Of a stretch of 64,000 nt of DNA, positions 1 through 9,436 are shown piece by piece. How positions within the stretch are numbered: the stretch's first letter is position 1; each line of letters begins with the position of its first letter. Origin of the DNA: an uncultured delta proteobacterium (lineage in GTDB: Bacteria; Desulfobacterota; RBG-13-43-22); contig CAWBOS010000012.1 of the NCBI GenBank assembly GCA_963790475.1, positions 224,001 through 288,000 on the forward strand, given 5' to 3'. Below the pieces are notes generated by a model. That model ran no database searches, was not told where the DNA came from, and worked only from the letters and a program-made list of their open reading frames with translations. Position numbers and translations under genes: made by a program.

Positions 1-32
1 AACTCATGTCCTGCAGTTGTCTGTGGCAAAAA
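1..32. repeat. Right end of a palindromic repeat element (family A), cut by the window edge
   Basis: CTCATGTCCTGCAGTTGTCTGTGGCAAAAA matches the right end of the 4517-4696 element (CTCATGTCCTGCCTTTGTCCGTGGCAAAAA). Confidence 0.65.
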
Positions 33-79
33 GGGAATTGCTTTAGCTTTTTCAAAAAAATAAAATGGAGGTTTTCAAC

Positions 80-943
80 ATGTCCAAAATTCTGGAAATT
101 CTTGGAAGCAAGTACCCGATCATACAAGGGCCCATCGGTGAAATGAACGATCCCAAAATGGTCGCCGCCGTGTCCGAGGCCGGCGCTTTTGGGATGTTGG
201 CCCTCGGCTTTGTCCACGACCTGGAAAAGGTCAAACAATTAATCGCAGGGGTCAAAGAGCTGACCGACAAACCTTTCGGCGCCAATCTTATGATCGCCAT
301 GAATCCGAACAATGAAGCCATTCTGGAGATCTTAGCGGAAGCAGGAATCAAAACCATAACCACTTCTGCCGGAGCTCCCAAGAAAATCTATCCCAAAATT
401 AAAGAATTGGGCCTGAAGGGCCTGCATGTTATTTTGGCCGCCCCCCTGGCCTTGAAAGCCGTAGAGGCCGGGGCCAATGCCGTGGTCGTATCGGGAGCGG
501 AATCCGGAGGACTTCGAACCAGCGGTCCCGAGTCCAGCAACATGATCCTGATCCCCCTGGTCTGTGACTTGGTGGACCTTCCAGTCGTGGCTGCCGGAGG
601 GATTGCCGATCATCGGGGATTTAGAGCCGTCCTGGCCCTGGGGGCCCAGGGTGTGCAGATCGGGACCGCTTTTCTGGCCTCTGAAGAGAGCCCGGCCCCT
701 CAGGAATGGAAAAAGGCCATCATCGATTGCGCTGATGGAGGCACGGTGCTGCTGCCCAGGCTCGGCATAGCCATGCGGGCTCTGATCAACGATGAGATGC
801 GCCAAATGATGGCTTCCGGCGTGGATCTCAGCAAGGAATACAAAGCAGGTGATGCCGGCAAAACCTGGGGAGGAGGCCAGATCAGCGCCTTGATTAAAAA
901 GATCAGGCCCGTAAAGGATATTATCGAAGAAATGGTATCCTGA
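80..943 (+). CDS. Nitronate monooxygenase / FabK-like FMN oxidoreductase
   Basis: YPIIQGP, KPFGANL, GAESGG, PVVAAGGIAD and LGAQGVQIGTAF motifs; GGAGG at 67-71 favours the ATG at 80. Confidence 0.88.
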   Translation: MSKILEILGSKYPIIQGPIGEMNDPKMVAAVSEAGAFGMLALGFVHDLEKVKQLIAGVKELTDKPFGANLMIAMNPNNEAILEILAEAGIKTITTSAGAPKKIYPKIKELGLKGLHVILAAPLALKAVEAGANAVVVSGAESGGLRTSGPESSNMILIPLVCDLVDLPVVAAGGIADHRGFRAVLALGAQGVQIGTAFLASEESPAPQEWKKAIIDCADGGTVLLPRLGIAMRALINDEMRQMMASGVDLSKEYKAGDAGKTWGGGQISALIKKIRPVKDIIEEMVS

Positions 944-1083
944 CCATTACCAAGAAAGGCTACTTGGACAGGGCCCCCTTGGCCGGGAACGAGGGATCTT
1001 GTTCTCCAGGAGGTTTTCCGGGGATAGGCTTGCTGATAAATGGAATTAATGTAACACGTTAGTTATTGGAAAATGAGTTTATA

Positions 1084-1278
1084 TTCACCGCAAAGCCGCA
1101 AAGATCGCAAAGAGAATTATTTTTGTTCAATCCCATGAGAGTCAGGATTGAACAAAACAGCCTTGGCCTCCGGCCAAATAATTCCCCGCAAGGAAGTGAA
1201 GGATATTGATTGCCGGCCCCTCACCGGCAATCAATAAAAACATTTTCTTCTTTGCGCCCTCAGCGGCTCTGCGGTGAA
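1084..1278. repeat. ~195 bp nested-hairpin element (family B, copy 1)
   Basis: Ends TTCACCGCAAAGCCGC...GCGGCTCTGCGGTGAA; internal hairpins TTTTGTTCAATCC/GGATTGAACAAAA and ATTGATTGCCGG/CCGGCAATCAAT; inverted copy at 60581-60776. Confidence 0.85.
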
Positions 1279-1339
1279 AACATTTAATTTCAAAAAGCTA
1301 AATGAATAAAATTAATAATTCCGTTGGAAGGAGGCTATT

Positions 1340-2911
1340 ATGTCGGAAATCTCAGTTCGTAGCAAACCAACCAATTTCCTGGAACTCAACGCGGGGAAAC
1401 ACCCGGACAAAACCGCGGTAATCGGTCCTGACAGGTCCATGACTTATGGACAATTGCGGGAAAGAGCCAGGGCTCTGGCCCGGAGCCTTTACGGCCTGGG
1501 GGTCAGGCCCGGGGATCAGGTGGCCCTCATGACCTACAACCTTCCGGAAGCCTCTGAAGTCTCGACGGCCCTTGTTTATCTTGAAGTAGGCCTGGTTATG
1601 ATCGGTTACCGGATGAAACCGCCGGAAATTGAATACATCGTCGGAAACTCGGATTCCAGGGTTCTTCTTTTTTGGCATGAATTTGCGGATCGCATTCTGC
1701 CCTATAAGGAAAATTTTAAAAAGATCATACCCGGAGGTTTCATCTCCTTTGGAGGGCCTTCTTCCGCTAGTGCCTTGGACTATGAAACCCTGTTTAAAGA
1801 CCCGCCGGAGATGGACCTGGACAACCTGCCCCCGGCCAAACAGGCGGGAACGGCCATGATCTATACTTCGGGAACCACAGGCCGACCTAAGGGTGCCGCC
1901 CGAAAAACAGATTTTACCAATAAACCGGGAGTATTGGATTTCCTGTTTGCCACGATTGGTTTCCTGAAAATGGATCCCGACGAGGTGCACCTGGTTTGCT
2001 GCCCGATTTACCATTCAGCCCCCTCTTACTTTAACGCCGTTAATTTTATCCTCGGTGGAACCACAGTCTACCAACCACGATTTGACCCGGTGCAATTCCT
2101 CGAGCTGGTGGCCAGACATCGGGTTACCTCAAGCCATCTGGTTCCTACCATGATCGTCAGATTGCTCCAGGTGCCGGAGTCGGTCACCCGGAATCTGGAT
2201 CTTTCCAGCCTGCGCACCGTGATTTGCGGGGCGGCACCCTTGTTTCCTGAATATAAGCTTGCCTTTCTGGACCGCTTCGGCGACTGCCTCAACGAGTATT
2301 ACGGGGCCACCGAAACAGGCGTGAACACCTTTATCACGCCCCAGGAGATGCGGGAGCGGCCCAACAGTGTCGGCCAGGCCTTTGCCAATAATGAACTCAA
2401 GATCTTTGATGAACAGGGCCATGAAGTCCCGGACGGAGAACGGGGCGTGCTCTATATGTATAATCCCATTATGATGGAGGGTTACTATAAAAATGAAAAA
2501 GCCACCATCGAAACCTATCGGGGCAACTATATGACGGTCGGGGATGTGGCTGTTCGGGACAGGGACGGGTATATTTACATCGTCGATCGGGTAAAAGATA
2601 TGATCATTCGCGGCGGAGTCAACATTTATCCGGCGGAGGTGGAAGAAGTCCTGGTGGGCATGCCCGGGATAGCCGATGCCGCCGTGGTTGGAAAGTTCGA
2701 TCCGGAGTTCGGCGAAACGGTGGCTGCCTTCGTGGTCCTGGAGAAAGGCTCACCGGTTACCGAAGAAAGTATCAAGGAATATTGTGCCCCGCGTATGGCT
2801 AATCAAAAGATCCCCGTTACCATAGTTTTTTTGGATACGATTCCCCGTACGCCAACAGGAAAAATTCTGAAAAGAGAGCTCCGCGAGGCCGTTAACGTGC
2901 CCACAATTTAA
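1340..2911 (+). CDS. Acyl-CoA synthetase (AMP-binding family)
   Basis: YTSGTTGRPKG, YYGATETG, GD...DRVKDMIIRGGVNIYPAEVE, PRTPTGKILK; RBS GGAGG. Confidence 0.95.
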   Translation: MSEISVRSKPTNFLELNAGKHPDKTAVIGPDRSMTYGQLRERARALARSLYGLGVRPGDQVALMTYNLPEASEVSTALVYLEVGLVMIGYRMKPPEIEYIVGNSDSRVLLFWHEFADRILPYKENFKKIIPGGFISFGGPSSASALDYETLFKDPPEMDLDNLPPAKQAGTAMIYTSGTTGRPKGAARKTDFTNKPGVLDFLFATIGFLKMDPDEVHLVCCPIYHSAPSYFNAVNFILGGTTVYQPRFDPVQFLELVARHRVTSSHLVPTMIVRLLQVPESVTRNLDLSSLRTVICGAAPLFPEYKLAFLDRFGDCLNEYYGATETGVNTFITPQEMRERPNSVGQAFANNELKIFDEQGHEVPDGERGVLYMYNPIMMEGYYKNEKATIETYRGNYMTVGDVAVRDRDGYIYIVDRVKDMIIRGGVNIYPAEVEEVLVGMPGIADAAVVGKFDPEFGETVAAFVVLEKGSPVTEESIKEYCAPRMANQKIPVTIVFLDTIPRTPTGKILKRELREAVNVPTI

Positions 2912-2918
2912 TTTCATC

Positions 2919-3311
2919 ATGGATGCCATTTTTGCCAATCTTGTAATGATTTTTCATTTCACTTACGTATCCTATATTATCTTGGGATTCGTCTATATCT
3001 GGCTGGGCTTTTTTCTCCGATGGAAGTCTATTTATAATCCGCTCCTTCGGTGGACCCATTTGGCGGCTATGGGGATTGTGATTTTAGAGACTGCTTTTGG
3101 CTTTTTCTGTCCCTTAACGGAATGGGAGGCTAAGCTGCGTCGAGGAGCCGGTCAGTCATTTCTTTATCCCCAGGGTTTTATTCCCCATTGGGTGCACAAG
3201 TTTTTGTATTACAACTGGCCTGACTGGATGTTTGCGGTCATTTACATCGCTTTTTTTGTTGGAATGTGCTTAACGTTTATTTTCATCCCGCCAAGAAAAC
3301 CTGATCGGTGA
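2919..3311 (+). CDS. DUF2784-like small membrane protein
   Basis: Three hydrophobic segments with H..., CPLTEWE and GFI-HW patterns typical of DUF2784. Confidence 0.75.
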   Translation: MDAIFANLVMIFHFTYVSYIILGFVYIWLGFFLRWKSIYNPLLRWTHLAAMGIVILETAFGFFCPLTEWEAKLRRGAGQSFLYPQGFIPHWVHKFLYYNWPDWMFAVIYIAFFVGMCLTFIFIPPRKPDR

Positions 3312-3481
3312 ATTCTTCAAAAAGCCCCTGCTATGCTGTCCGGTTTAATTTTTCCTCCGGGATAATCATGTAGACTCTATCCCTTCATCCAGATCTTGGT
3401 CCGATTCTGTGAAATTCTCCAGGACTTCCATTTTTTTGATTCCCGCCTTTGGCAATCAAATGGCCATGTCTGCTCGGCCCT

Positions 3482-4444
3482 TTATTCAGCCTGGGAAGGG
3501 CAATTTCTTTTTAACCAGTCCGTCAGAAAGGCATTCACCTCATTGGGTTTTTCCTGTTGAATCCAGTGCCCGCATTCCAATGTACGGCTCTCCAGATTCG
3601 GGACATATTCCGAAAAATCGCCCCCCTTCGGGACAATGTCGTAGGCCCCGTAGATCATGGCGCAGGGGACATCGATCCGCTGTGGAAGGCCGGAGGACCT
3701 CTCCCAGTTTCGGGTGATGTTCCGATACCAGTTAATCGGCCCGGTAAATCCTCCTTTGCTGAATGCGGCAACAAAAACGTCCAACTCCTTATCCGACATG
3801 AGGGGTTCCCCCGGGGGATCGGTCAGGTCAAGAAGGTTTATCAGGGACACCTTGAAACTGGGTTTTTCCTTTGCTGATCCTGCCTTTCGGTCACCCTGCT
3901 GTCGGCGACGAAACACATTATTCAGAAAGCGTTCGGGATTTCCTGCGAAGGCGGCATCGGCAACTCCGGGTTGCCGGTTAAAATGTACGATATAGTGTTC
4001 CGGCCCGTAAAACTGCTCCAATAGAGCCACCGGGTCGCTATTTCCCCGTGGCGAAAAGGGGACACTCATTCCCACTACCCCGGCGACTCTGTCCGGGTGA
4101 AGCAACGGCATATTCCAAACCACCGGACCACCCCAGTCATGGCCGATAAAAATGGCCTTTCCCAGGCCCAGGGCGTCCAACAGGTTGGCCATGTCACCAC
4201 AAAGATGCTGAATATCATAGGCCTCCACCCCCTCGGGTTTGTCCGTCGCGCCGTATCCCCTCTGGTTCGGTGCGATGACCCGGTATCCCGCCTCTGCCAG
4301 GGCGGGCATTTGAAACCTCCAGGAATAGGCGAGTTCCGGAAAGCCGTGGGCCAGAATAACCGGAAATCCCTCCCCCTGTTCAAAAATTTCCATGTTGATT
4401 TCATTGGTTTTTATTATTTTCGGATCGGGAAAGGCGATAGTCAT
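3482..4444 (-). CDS. Alpha/beta hydrolase, epoxide hydrolase-like
   Basis: HGFPELAYSW, GHDWGG (Asp nucleophile), INWYRN, GHWIQQEKP. Confidence 0.92.
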   Translation of the reverse strand: MTIAFPDPKIIKTNEINMEIFEQGEGFPVILAHGFPELAYSWRFQMPALAEAGYRVIAPNQRGYGATDKPEGVEAYDIQHLCGDMANLLDALGLGKAIFIGHDWGGPVVWNMPLLHPDRVAGVVGMSVPFSPRGNSDPVALLEQFYGPEHYIVHFNRQPGVADAAFAGNPERFLNNVFRRRQQGDRKAGSAKEKPSFKVSLINLLDLTDPPGEPLMSDKELDVFVAAFSKGGFTGPINWYRNITRNWERSSGLPQRIDVPCAMIYGAYDIVPKGGDFSEYVPNLESRTLECGHWIQQEKPNEVNAFLTDWLKRNCPSQAE

Positions 4445-4516
4445 TTTTTCTCCTTCCTGGGTTATATTAAGTCAAAGAGTATAAGCAAAGGAAACACTTT
4501 AGTTATTTAAAAAATG

Positions 4517-4696
4517 TTTTGCCACAGACTCACACTGACAAAGGCTGGACAGAAGATCGTTTGCCCGGCCCAACAAAAACGGGCCAGACAAACCAGTTAT
4601 CGCTTAACGGCGAACCTGGTTTTAATGCCCGAAGGGCCTGACAGTAGAAGGAAGACAAGTCGTCTTCCTCATGTCCTGCCTTTGTCCGTGGCAAAA
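4517..4696. repeat. ~180 bp palindromic element (family A)
   Basis: Ends TTTTGCCACAGAC / GTCCGTGGCAAAA, subterminal GACAAAGGCTGGACA / TGTCCTGCCTTTGTC, internal hairpins; related copies at 1-32 and 54820-55016. Confidence 0.75.
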
Positions 4697-5075
4697 AAAG
4701 GATATTCCCTTTTTTCAAAAAGCTAAAGTGATACAAGCAAAGAAATTATCATTCCGGTGTCTGCGGGTCAAGATTTGTTGAAAAGTATTAAGCTGATGTA
4801 TATCATTTTTTTTGATTTACAATCAAAGGAAAATCAGCAGGCAACTCCGGGACCGAATAGAGCCTTCGGTAAAGGACTCCCCAAGACGGAGAGAGAGCCG
4901 AGTGGCCCGAATATTTTTTTGACCGGCCTCTTGGGATGGGTTAATCTGAATCCTTAAAAACGAAACATTCTTTTCTGATGATTGGGGAGTTGAGAGGTTT
5001 CGAATTGAATGGTAATTAAGTCAACCTTTTAAGAATCGTTTTCTGGCCAAATCGGAAACTGTAAAAGGAGGAATT

Positions 5076-5892
5076 ATGGAGAACAAAATGAAGGATCTTT
5101 TTTCCATCGAAGGGAAAATTGCCCTGGTCAGCGGAGGTTCGAGAGGAATCGGTGAGATGATCGCGGCCGGTTTTTTAAGTCACGGGGCCAAAGTCTATAT
5201 CAGCTCTCGTAAGGCTGAGGTTTGCAATGCTACCGCCAAACGGCTGGCCGACAGGTACGGAAAGGAATGTCTTTCGATCCCTGCCGACCTGTCGGGTCTG
5301 AAAGGCATAGAGTCGCTTGTCACCGCCTTATCGGAGCGGGAAACCAGACTGGACATTCTGGTTAATAACGCCGGGGCCACCTGGGGCGCCCCTTTGGAGG
5401 AATTTCCCGAATCAGGGTGGGATAAGATTATGGATACCAATGTCAAGGCTATTTTTTTTCTCACCCAGAAACTCCTGCCGCTGTTACGGAAATGCGGCTT
5501 CATCCGAAAATCCGGCGCGGGTGATCAATATCGGCTCAATCGACGGCATCAAAACGCCGTCTTTTAATAACTTCTCTTACGGACCTTCCAAGGCCGCTGT
5601 GCACCATTTGACCCGTGTTCTGGCTGCACACCTGATCAAAGAACATATCATCGTGAACGCCATTGCGCCGGGACCGTTTCCAACCCCGATGTTGAGCTCC
5701 GGAGTTGGGTTCGGTGGAAAGACTGAAGGAGAAGGTGTGAACTGGGATATGGTGGGTCAAACCAACCCGAGCGGCCGAGTCGGCACTATAGAAGACATTA
5801 GCGGTTTGGCGATTTTTCTCAGTTCCAGAGCGGGCGCTTATGTGGTGGGTCAAACCATACCCTGTGACGGAGGAATGGTCGCTAGTTCCTGA
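5076..5892 (+). pseudogene. SDR oxidoreductase split by a one-base frameshift near 5490
   Basis: ORF1 has SGGSRGIG and NNAG; ORF2 has INIGS, YGPSK and NAIAPG; CGGAAATGCGGCT contains one extra base; could be a sequencing error. Confidence 0.82.
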
Positions 5893-5930
5893 TGGTATCA
5901 CTAAAAGAAACATCCGAGAGGAGATAAGAG

Positions 5931-6773
5931 ATGAAAGTGGAGGACTTCAAGGAAATAGTTTACCAGAAGGAAGACAACGGCATCGTCACGGTTACGCTGA
6001 ACATTCCGAAAAGAAAAAATGCTTTGAGCCCGTATACGTTTTACGAGCTTTTCTGGGCCGTGGACGCCATGGAAAAGGATGACTCGGCTGGAATCATGAT
6101 CCTGACCGGTGCCAAAGATCCCGATTCCGACGATCCGACCAAAGAAGCCTTCAGCAGCGGCGGCTATTTCAATCCCGCCTCTTTGGCGGGACTAAGCGAG
6201 GAAGTGAAAGCCCAGCTTGACCTTACGGATATTGCCCAGAAAAAATTAACTTTGAAGATGTGGCAATTCGACAAACCGGTCATCGCCGCCGTCAATGGGC
6301 TGGCGGTTGGCGGGGCCTTCACCATGTGCCTGTCCTGTTGCGATCTAATCTATTGCTCCGAACACGCCTGGGCTTCCTTGCCCTTCGTCGGTTTGGGCAT
6401 CATTCCCGAACTGGCCTCCAGTTATCTGCTGCCGAGATTGATCGGCTTCCAGCGGGCCAAGGAGATCATGTTTTTTGCCGAACGTATCACGGCCCAACAC
6501 CTTTTCGATCTTGGACTGATAAACAAAGTGTTACCCCATGATCAACTGTTGCCCTATGCCCGAGAAAGGGCCCTTAAACTGGTCCCGCCTCAGGGAGCCG
6601 GGTATGCGGTCCGCATGGCCAAGCGGGCCCTTCATCAACCTCTTCTTGCCGCCGTTACTACGGCCCTGGATATGGAAAACAAGGGACTCAATGAGGCATT
6701 TCGCACGGCGGACTTCGCCGAGGCCCTGACCGCCCGGGCTGAAAGGCGGGCCCCGGTTTTCAAAGGCCGGTAG
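5931..6773 (+). CDS. Enoyl-CoA hydratase/isomerase family protein
   Basis: FSSGG, KPVIAAVNGLAVGG, GIIPE, ERRAPVFKGR. Confidence 0.93.
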   Translation: MKVEDFKEIVYQKEDNGIVTVTLNIPKRKNALSPYTFYELFWAVDAMEKDDSAGIMILTGAKDPDSDDPTKEAFSSGGYFNPASLAGLSEEVKAQLDLTDIAQKKLTLKMWQFDKPVIAAVNGLAVGGAFTMCLSCCDLIYCSEHAWASLPFVGLGIIPELASSYLLPRLIGFQRAKEIMFFAERITAQHLFDLGLINKVLPHDQLLPYARERALKLVPPQGAGYAVRMAKRALHQPLLAAVTTALDMENKGLNEAFRTADFAEALTARAERRAPVFKGR

Positions 6774-6834
6774 TAGACCGAACCCGCAAATGGGAATCGG
6801 CCGGTCAGATAATCGCTCTCAATATTTCAAGGGA

Positions 6835-7593
6835 CTAAGGTACCATGGCCACAATCCGGGCCGGTCCGGCACTACCCCCCTTGATCTTCAAGGGAAAGCA
6901 GGACACTTTGAATCCATAGGGGGGTAGTCCTCCCAGGTTGACTAATCGTTCGATCTGGGCATAGGGCAAATTTGCCTGATGGGCGGCCCAGAAAACCCCC
7001 GGCTTTCCGCTGCTCAAGGCCTCTTTAGCCTGCCGATCCAAAGGGGTGTCCCAGCCCCAGGCATCTATACCCATGACTCTGATGCCTTGATCAAACAACC
7101 AATGGGTGGCCCCGGCGGTAACCCCGCAGCCCCGGAACATATAGTCCGGTTGGCCGTAAAAGGCGTCTCTCCCGGTACGCACCATCACGATATCCAGGGG
7201 TTTCAAGGTGTATCGGATACGCTTAAGTTCATTTTGGACATCTTCCGCGGTCATCCCGTCCCCATCGGCTTTGTAGGACATTTCCAGGATCACCCCGTCA
7301 CTGAAAAACCATTCCAAAGGCAGCTCATCAATGGTTTCAGACCTTTTCCCTTGGATTTGACTGTTGTAATGCCAGGGGGCATCAATGTGGGTGGTGCTAT
7401 GGGTCCCCAGATTGGTTATCTTTTCCACTGCCCACCCTTCCCCACGATTTAGAAGATTGGACGGGACATTAAACATACCCTGGATTCCGGCCGCACCCTC
7501 GGTATGGGACTGATATTCTATGACCGTTCGTAAAAACTCCGGAACTCCTTCAGGACTGGGGGCAATCATAGCCGATAAGTCAATGAATTTCAT
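6835..7593 (-). CDS. Cyclase family (KynB-like) metal-dependent hydrolase
   Basis: THSTTHIDAPWHY, GIDAWGWD, QIERLVNL, PLKIKGGSAGPAR. Confidence 0.9.
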   Translation of the reverse strand: MKFIDLSAMIAPSPEGVPEFLRTVIEYQSHTEGAAGIQGMFNVPSNLLNRGEGWAVEKITNLGTHSTTHIDAPWHYNSQIQGKRSETIDELPLEWFFSDGVILEMSYKADGDGMTAEDVQNELKRIRYTLKPLDIVMVRTGRDAFYGQPDYMFRGCGVTAGATHWLFDQGIRVMGIDAWGWDTPLDRQAKEALSSGKPGVFWAAHQANLPYAQIERLVNLGGLPPYGFKVSCFPLKIKGGSAGPARIVAMVP

Positions 7594-7652
7594 AAGGCAC
7601 TCCTCCTTTTAAAATGGTATCTTTTTTAAGGATGATCGATTCAGAATAATCC

Positions 7653-7865
7653 TTATTCTAAGCCATATTTTTCCTTCATTTCAGCGTACACCTGCATTAA
7701 TTTTTGTTCGTGCATTTGCTCTTCTTTCAGGAAATTTCCGAAAATTTCCTTTTCCATTCGGGAAGTACTTTTTTTAATTAAATTCTCATAGAATTCCTGA
7801 GCCTTTCTCTCGTTTTCTACTCCGATTTCGAACAGTTTAAACAGTTCCTTTGTTTTCTCGTCCAT
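7653..7865 (-). CDS. Small ferritin-like (half-rubrerythrin) protein
   Basis: E-x6-Y and EEQMHE carboxylate/His pattern; RBS GAGGAGG. Confidence 0.7.
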   Translation of the reverse strand: MDEKTKELFKLFEIGVENERKAQEFYENLIKKSTSRMEKEIFGNFLKEEQMHEQKLMQVYAEMKEKYGLE

Positions 7866-7907
7866 TTTTCGTCCTCCTCATTTTCCTGAGTGCCTTTACA
7901 AGTCGGG

Positions 7908-8768
7908 TTAGTTCTTACCAGGCTCTGGATCTTTCAGCGTCTTGGGGTGCTTCTTTTTCTTCGGGCCGAGTTTCCTGATGTTTTCGGCCGGCGGTAGATC
8001 TTCCGGCATCGTCCCGCCAAGCTCCTGAATGGTTTTTCGAACTTTCTCGCCGACTTCCTTATGGGTAAGGTTAGCCTTTACTTTACCCCTGATCCGGTCA
8101 CGACGGAGTTTTTCCTCGGTCTGAGTGGTCCTGAACAAATTGGCGGCCAGTTCCGTGCTGCCCATGTGGTCGAGAATCTGTTGGCTTTTCTTTAACCCCC
8201 GGCGAAGGTGAATATCTTTAGCCGACAACCCGCCATAGAGGCCGCGATAGCCGTGGTCCTGAAAGATGGCATAATCCTTGGACTCGATGACGCCGGCTGC
8301 CCGGGCCGTACCCGCCAGCCGGATATTGTGCAGCTTCATTTCTTCCCGTAAAAGCAGCCGCCGAACTTCCTCGGTCGTCCTTTCAGAAAGTTCCTGTCTT
8401 CGGGTCTGAAGGGCAAAATAGTTCTGACCCAAAGCGACAATTTCTTTCGAGGGGTCCGCGTTTTGGACGATGAGGTAACAGGCGTACCGGGAAAGCAAAA
8501 CTGTTTTGATGGGCCGCTGCGCTCCACTGCCGATCGTGACCATTTCGGTGACGTCAACGAAATGGTCTTCGATGTGGTGGCCGCTGTTAAAACAGGCCAG
8601 TCGGGCTTTCTCCAGGACGGCCTCAAAGTTTCGATAATCACTGTAACCCAGCACTAAGGCAAAGTCCCGGCTGGACCAGTATTCTACACCGGCTGAATTT
8701 ATTCGCCGGATGCGCTCGAAGGGGGAGAGATCATCGGCCACCGGCATGTTTTCTTTTTCCTGGTCCAT
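7908..8768 (-). CDS. dinD: DNA-damage-inducible protein D
   Basis: SPFE-I, EYWSSR, LSRYACYLIVQNADP-K, YAIFQDHGYRGLYGG, ILDHMGSTELAANLFR, GGTMPEDLP. Confidence 0.92.
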   Translation of the reverse strand: MDQEKENMPVADDLSPFERIRRINSAGVEYWSSRDFALVLGYSDYRNFEAVLEKARLACFNSGHHIEDHFVDVTEMVTIGSGAQRPIKTVLLSRYACYLIVQNADPSKEIVALGQNYFALQTRRQELSERTTEEVRRLLLREEMKLHNIRLAGTARAAGVIESKDYAIFQDHGYRGLYGGLSAKDIHLRRGLKKSQQILDHMGSTELAANLFRTTQTEEKLRRDRIRGKVKANLTHKEVGEKVRKTIQELGGTMPEDLPPAENIRKLGPKKKKHPKTLKDPEPGKN

Positions 8769-8788
8769 GTTTTCCCTTCGCTGGGAAT

Positions 8789-9355
8789 CTATTTCTGGAT
8801 CAGCTTCTTTCCGATCTCCCAGGCCGCGCCTACGTCCGGTCCGAGTCCCAGATACTTCTTGTCGGGCATGATAAGAACAAAGGGATTTACCTTCCGCAGG
8901 TCAGGGGCGCCCTCAGTGAGGCAGCTCTCTTCACAGTAGGCCGCGATGATTTCCCCGATGAAGAGCTCCTCGGCCGGCAGGTCAACGGTCTGCACCAGTT
9001 TGCACTCGACATTAAGGAGGCATTCCTTGATCATAGGCGCCGTTCCCAGCTTGCCGTAGAAGGTTTCAAATACGGCGGCCTTGTCGACCTTCCGGCCTGA
9101 AACCAGGCCGCAGTAATCGGTCTTCTCGACCATGTCCGCTGAAGGAATGTTCACACTGAAAGTCCCATTCGCCTTCAGTCCTGGGTTGGTATAATGGGCC
9201 TTGTTCATGGCCACGGCCAGATAGGCCGGCTTGGGATTTACCATACTGAACCAGGCCACCGTAAGGTAGTTGGCTTTTCCATCCACGTTGGCCCCGACCA
9301 GGGCGCAGGGCATGGGGTAGTAGGCACGGTCGCTGCCTATTTCAATCTTGGCCAT
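8789..9355 (-). CDS. Flavin reductase-like (flavoredoxin) protein
   Basis: YPMP, FSVNIP, DYCGLVSG, APMIKEC, ELFIGEI. Confidence 0.9.
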   Translation of the reverse strand: MAKIEIGSDRAYYPMPCALVGANVDGKANYLTVAWFSMVNPKPAYLAVAMNKAHYTNPGLKANGTFSVNIPSADMVEKTDYCGLVSGRKVDKAAVFETFYGKLGTAPMIKECLLNVECKLVQTVDLPAEELFIGEIIAAYCEESCLTEGAPDLRKVNPFVLIMPDKKYLGLGPDVGAAWEIGKKLIQK

Positions 9356-9436
9356 AATATCCTCCTTGATAAAGTGAACGCTGATATTAGTCTAACTCCA
9401 ATATTTCTCTCCGCGTTTTGTAAAGTAGGGCTTCTC

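Noticed and set aside
830-943. Possible ~10 aa in-frame deletion near the C-terminus of the FabK/NMO-like protein
   Set aside because: It looks short before GGGQISAL, but this cannot be established without an alignment
4480-4755. sigma54-like TTTGCT sites upstream of the epoxide hydrolase
   Set aside because: They lack the invariant GG at -24
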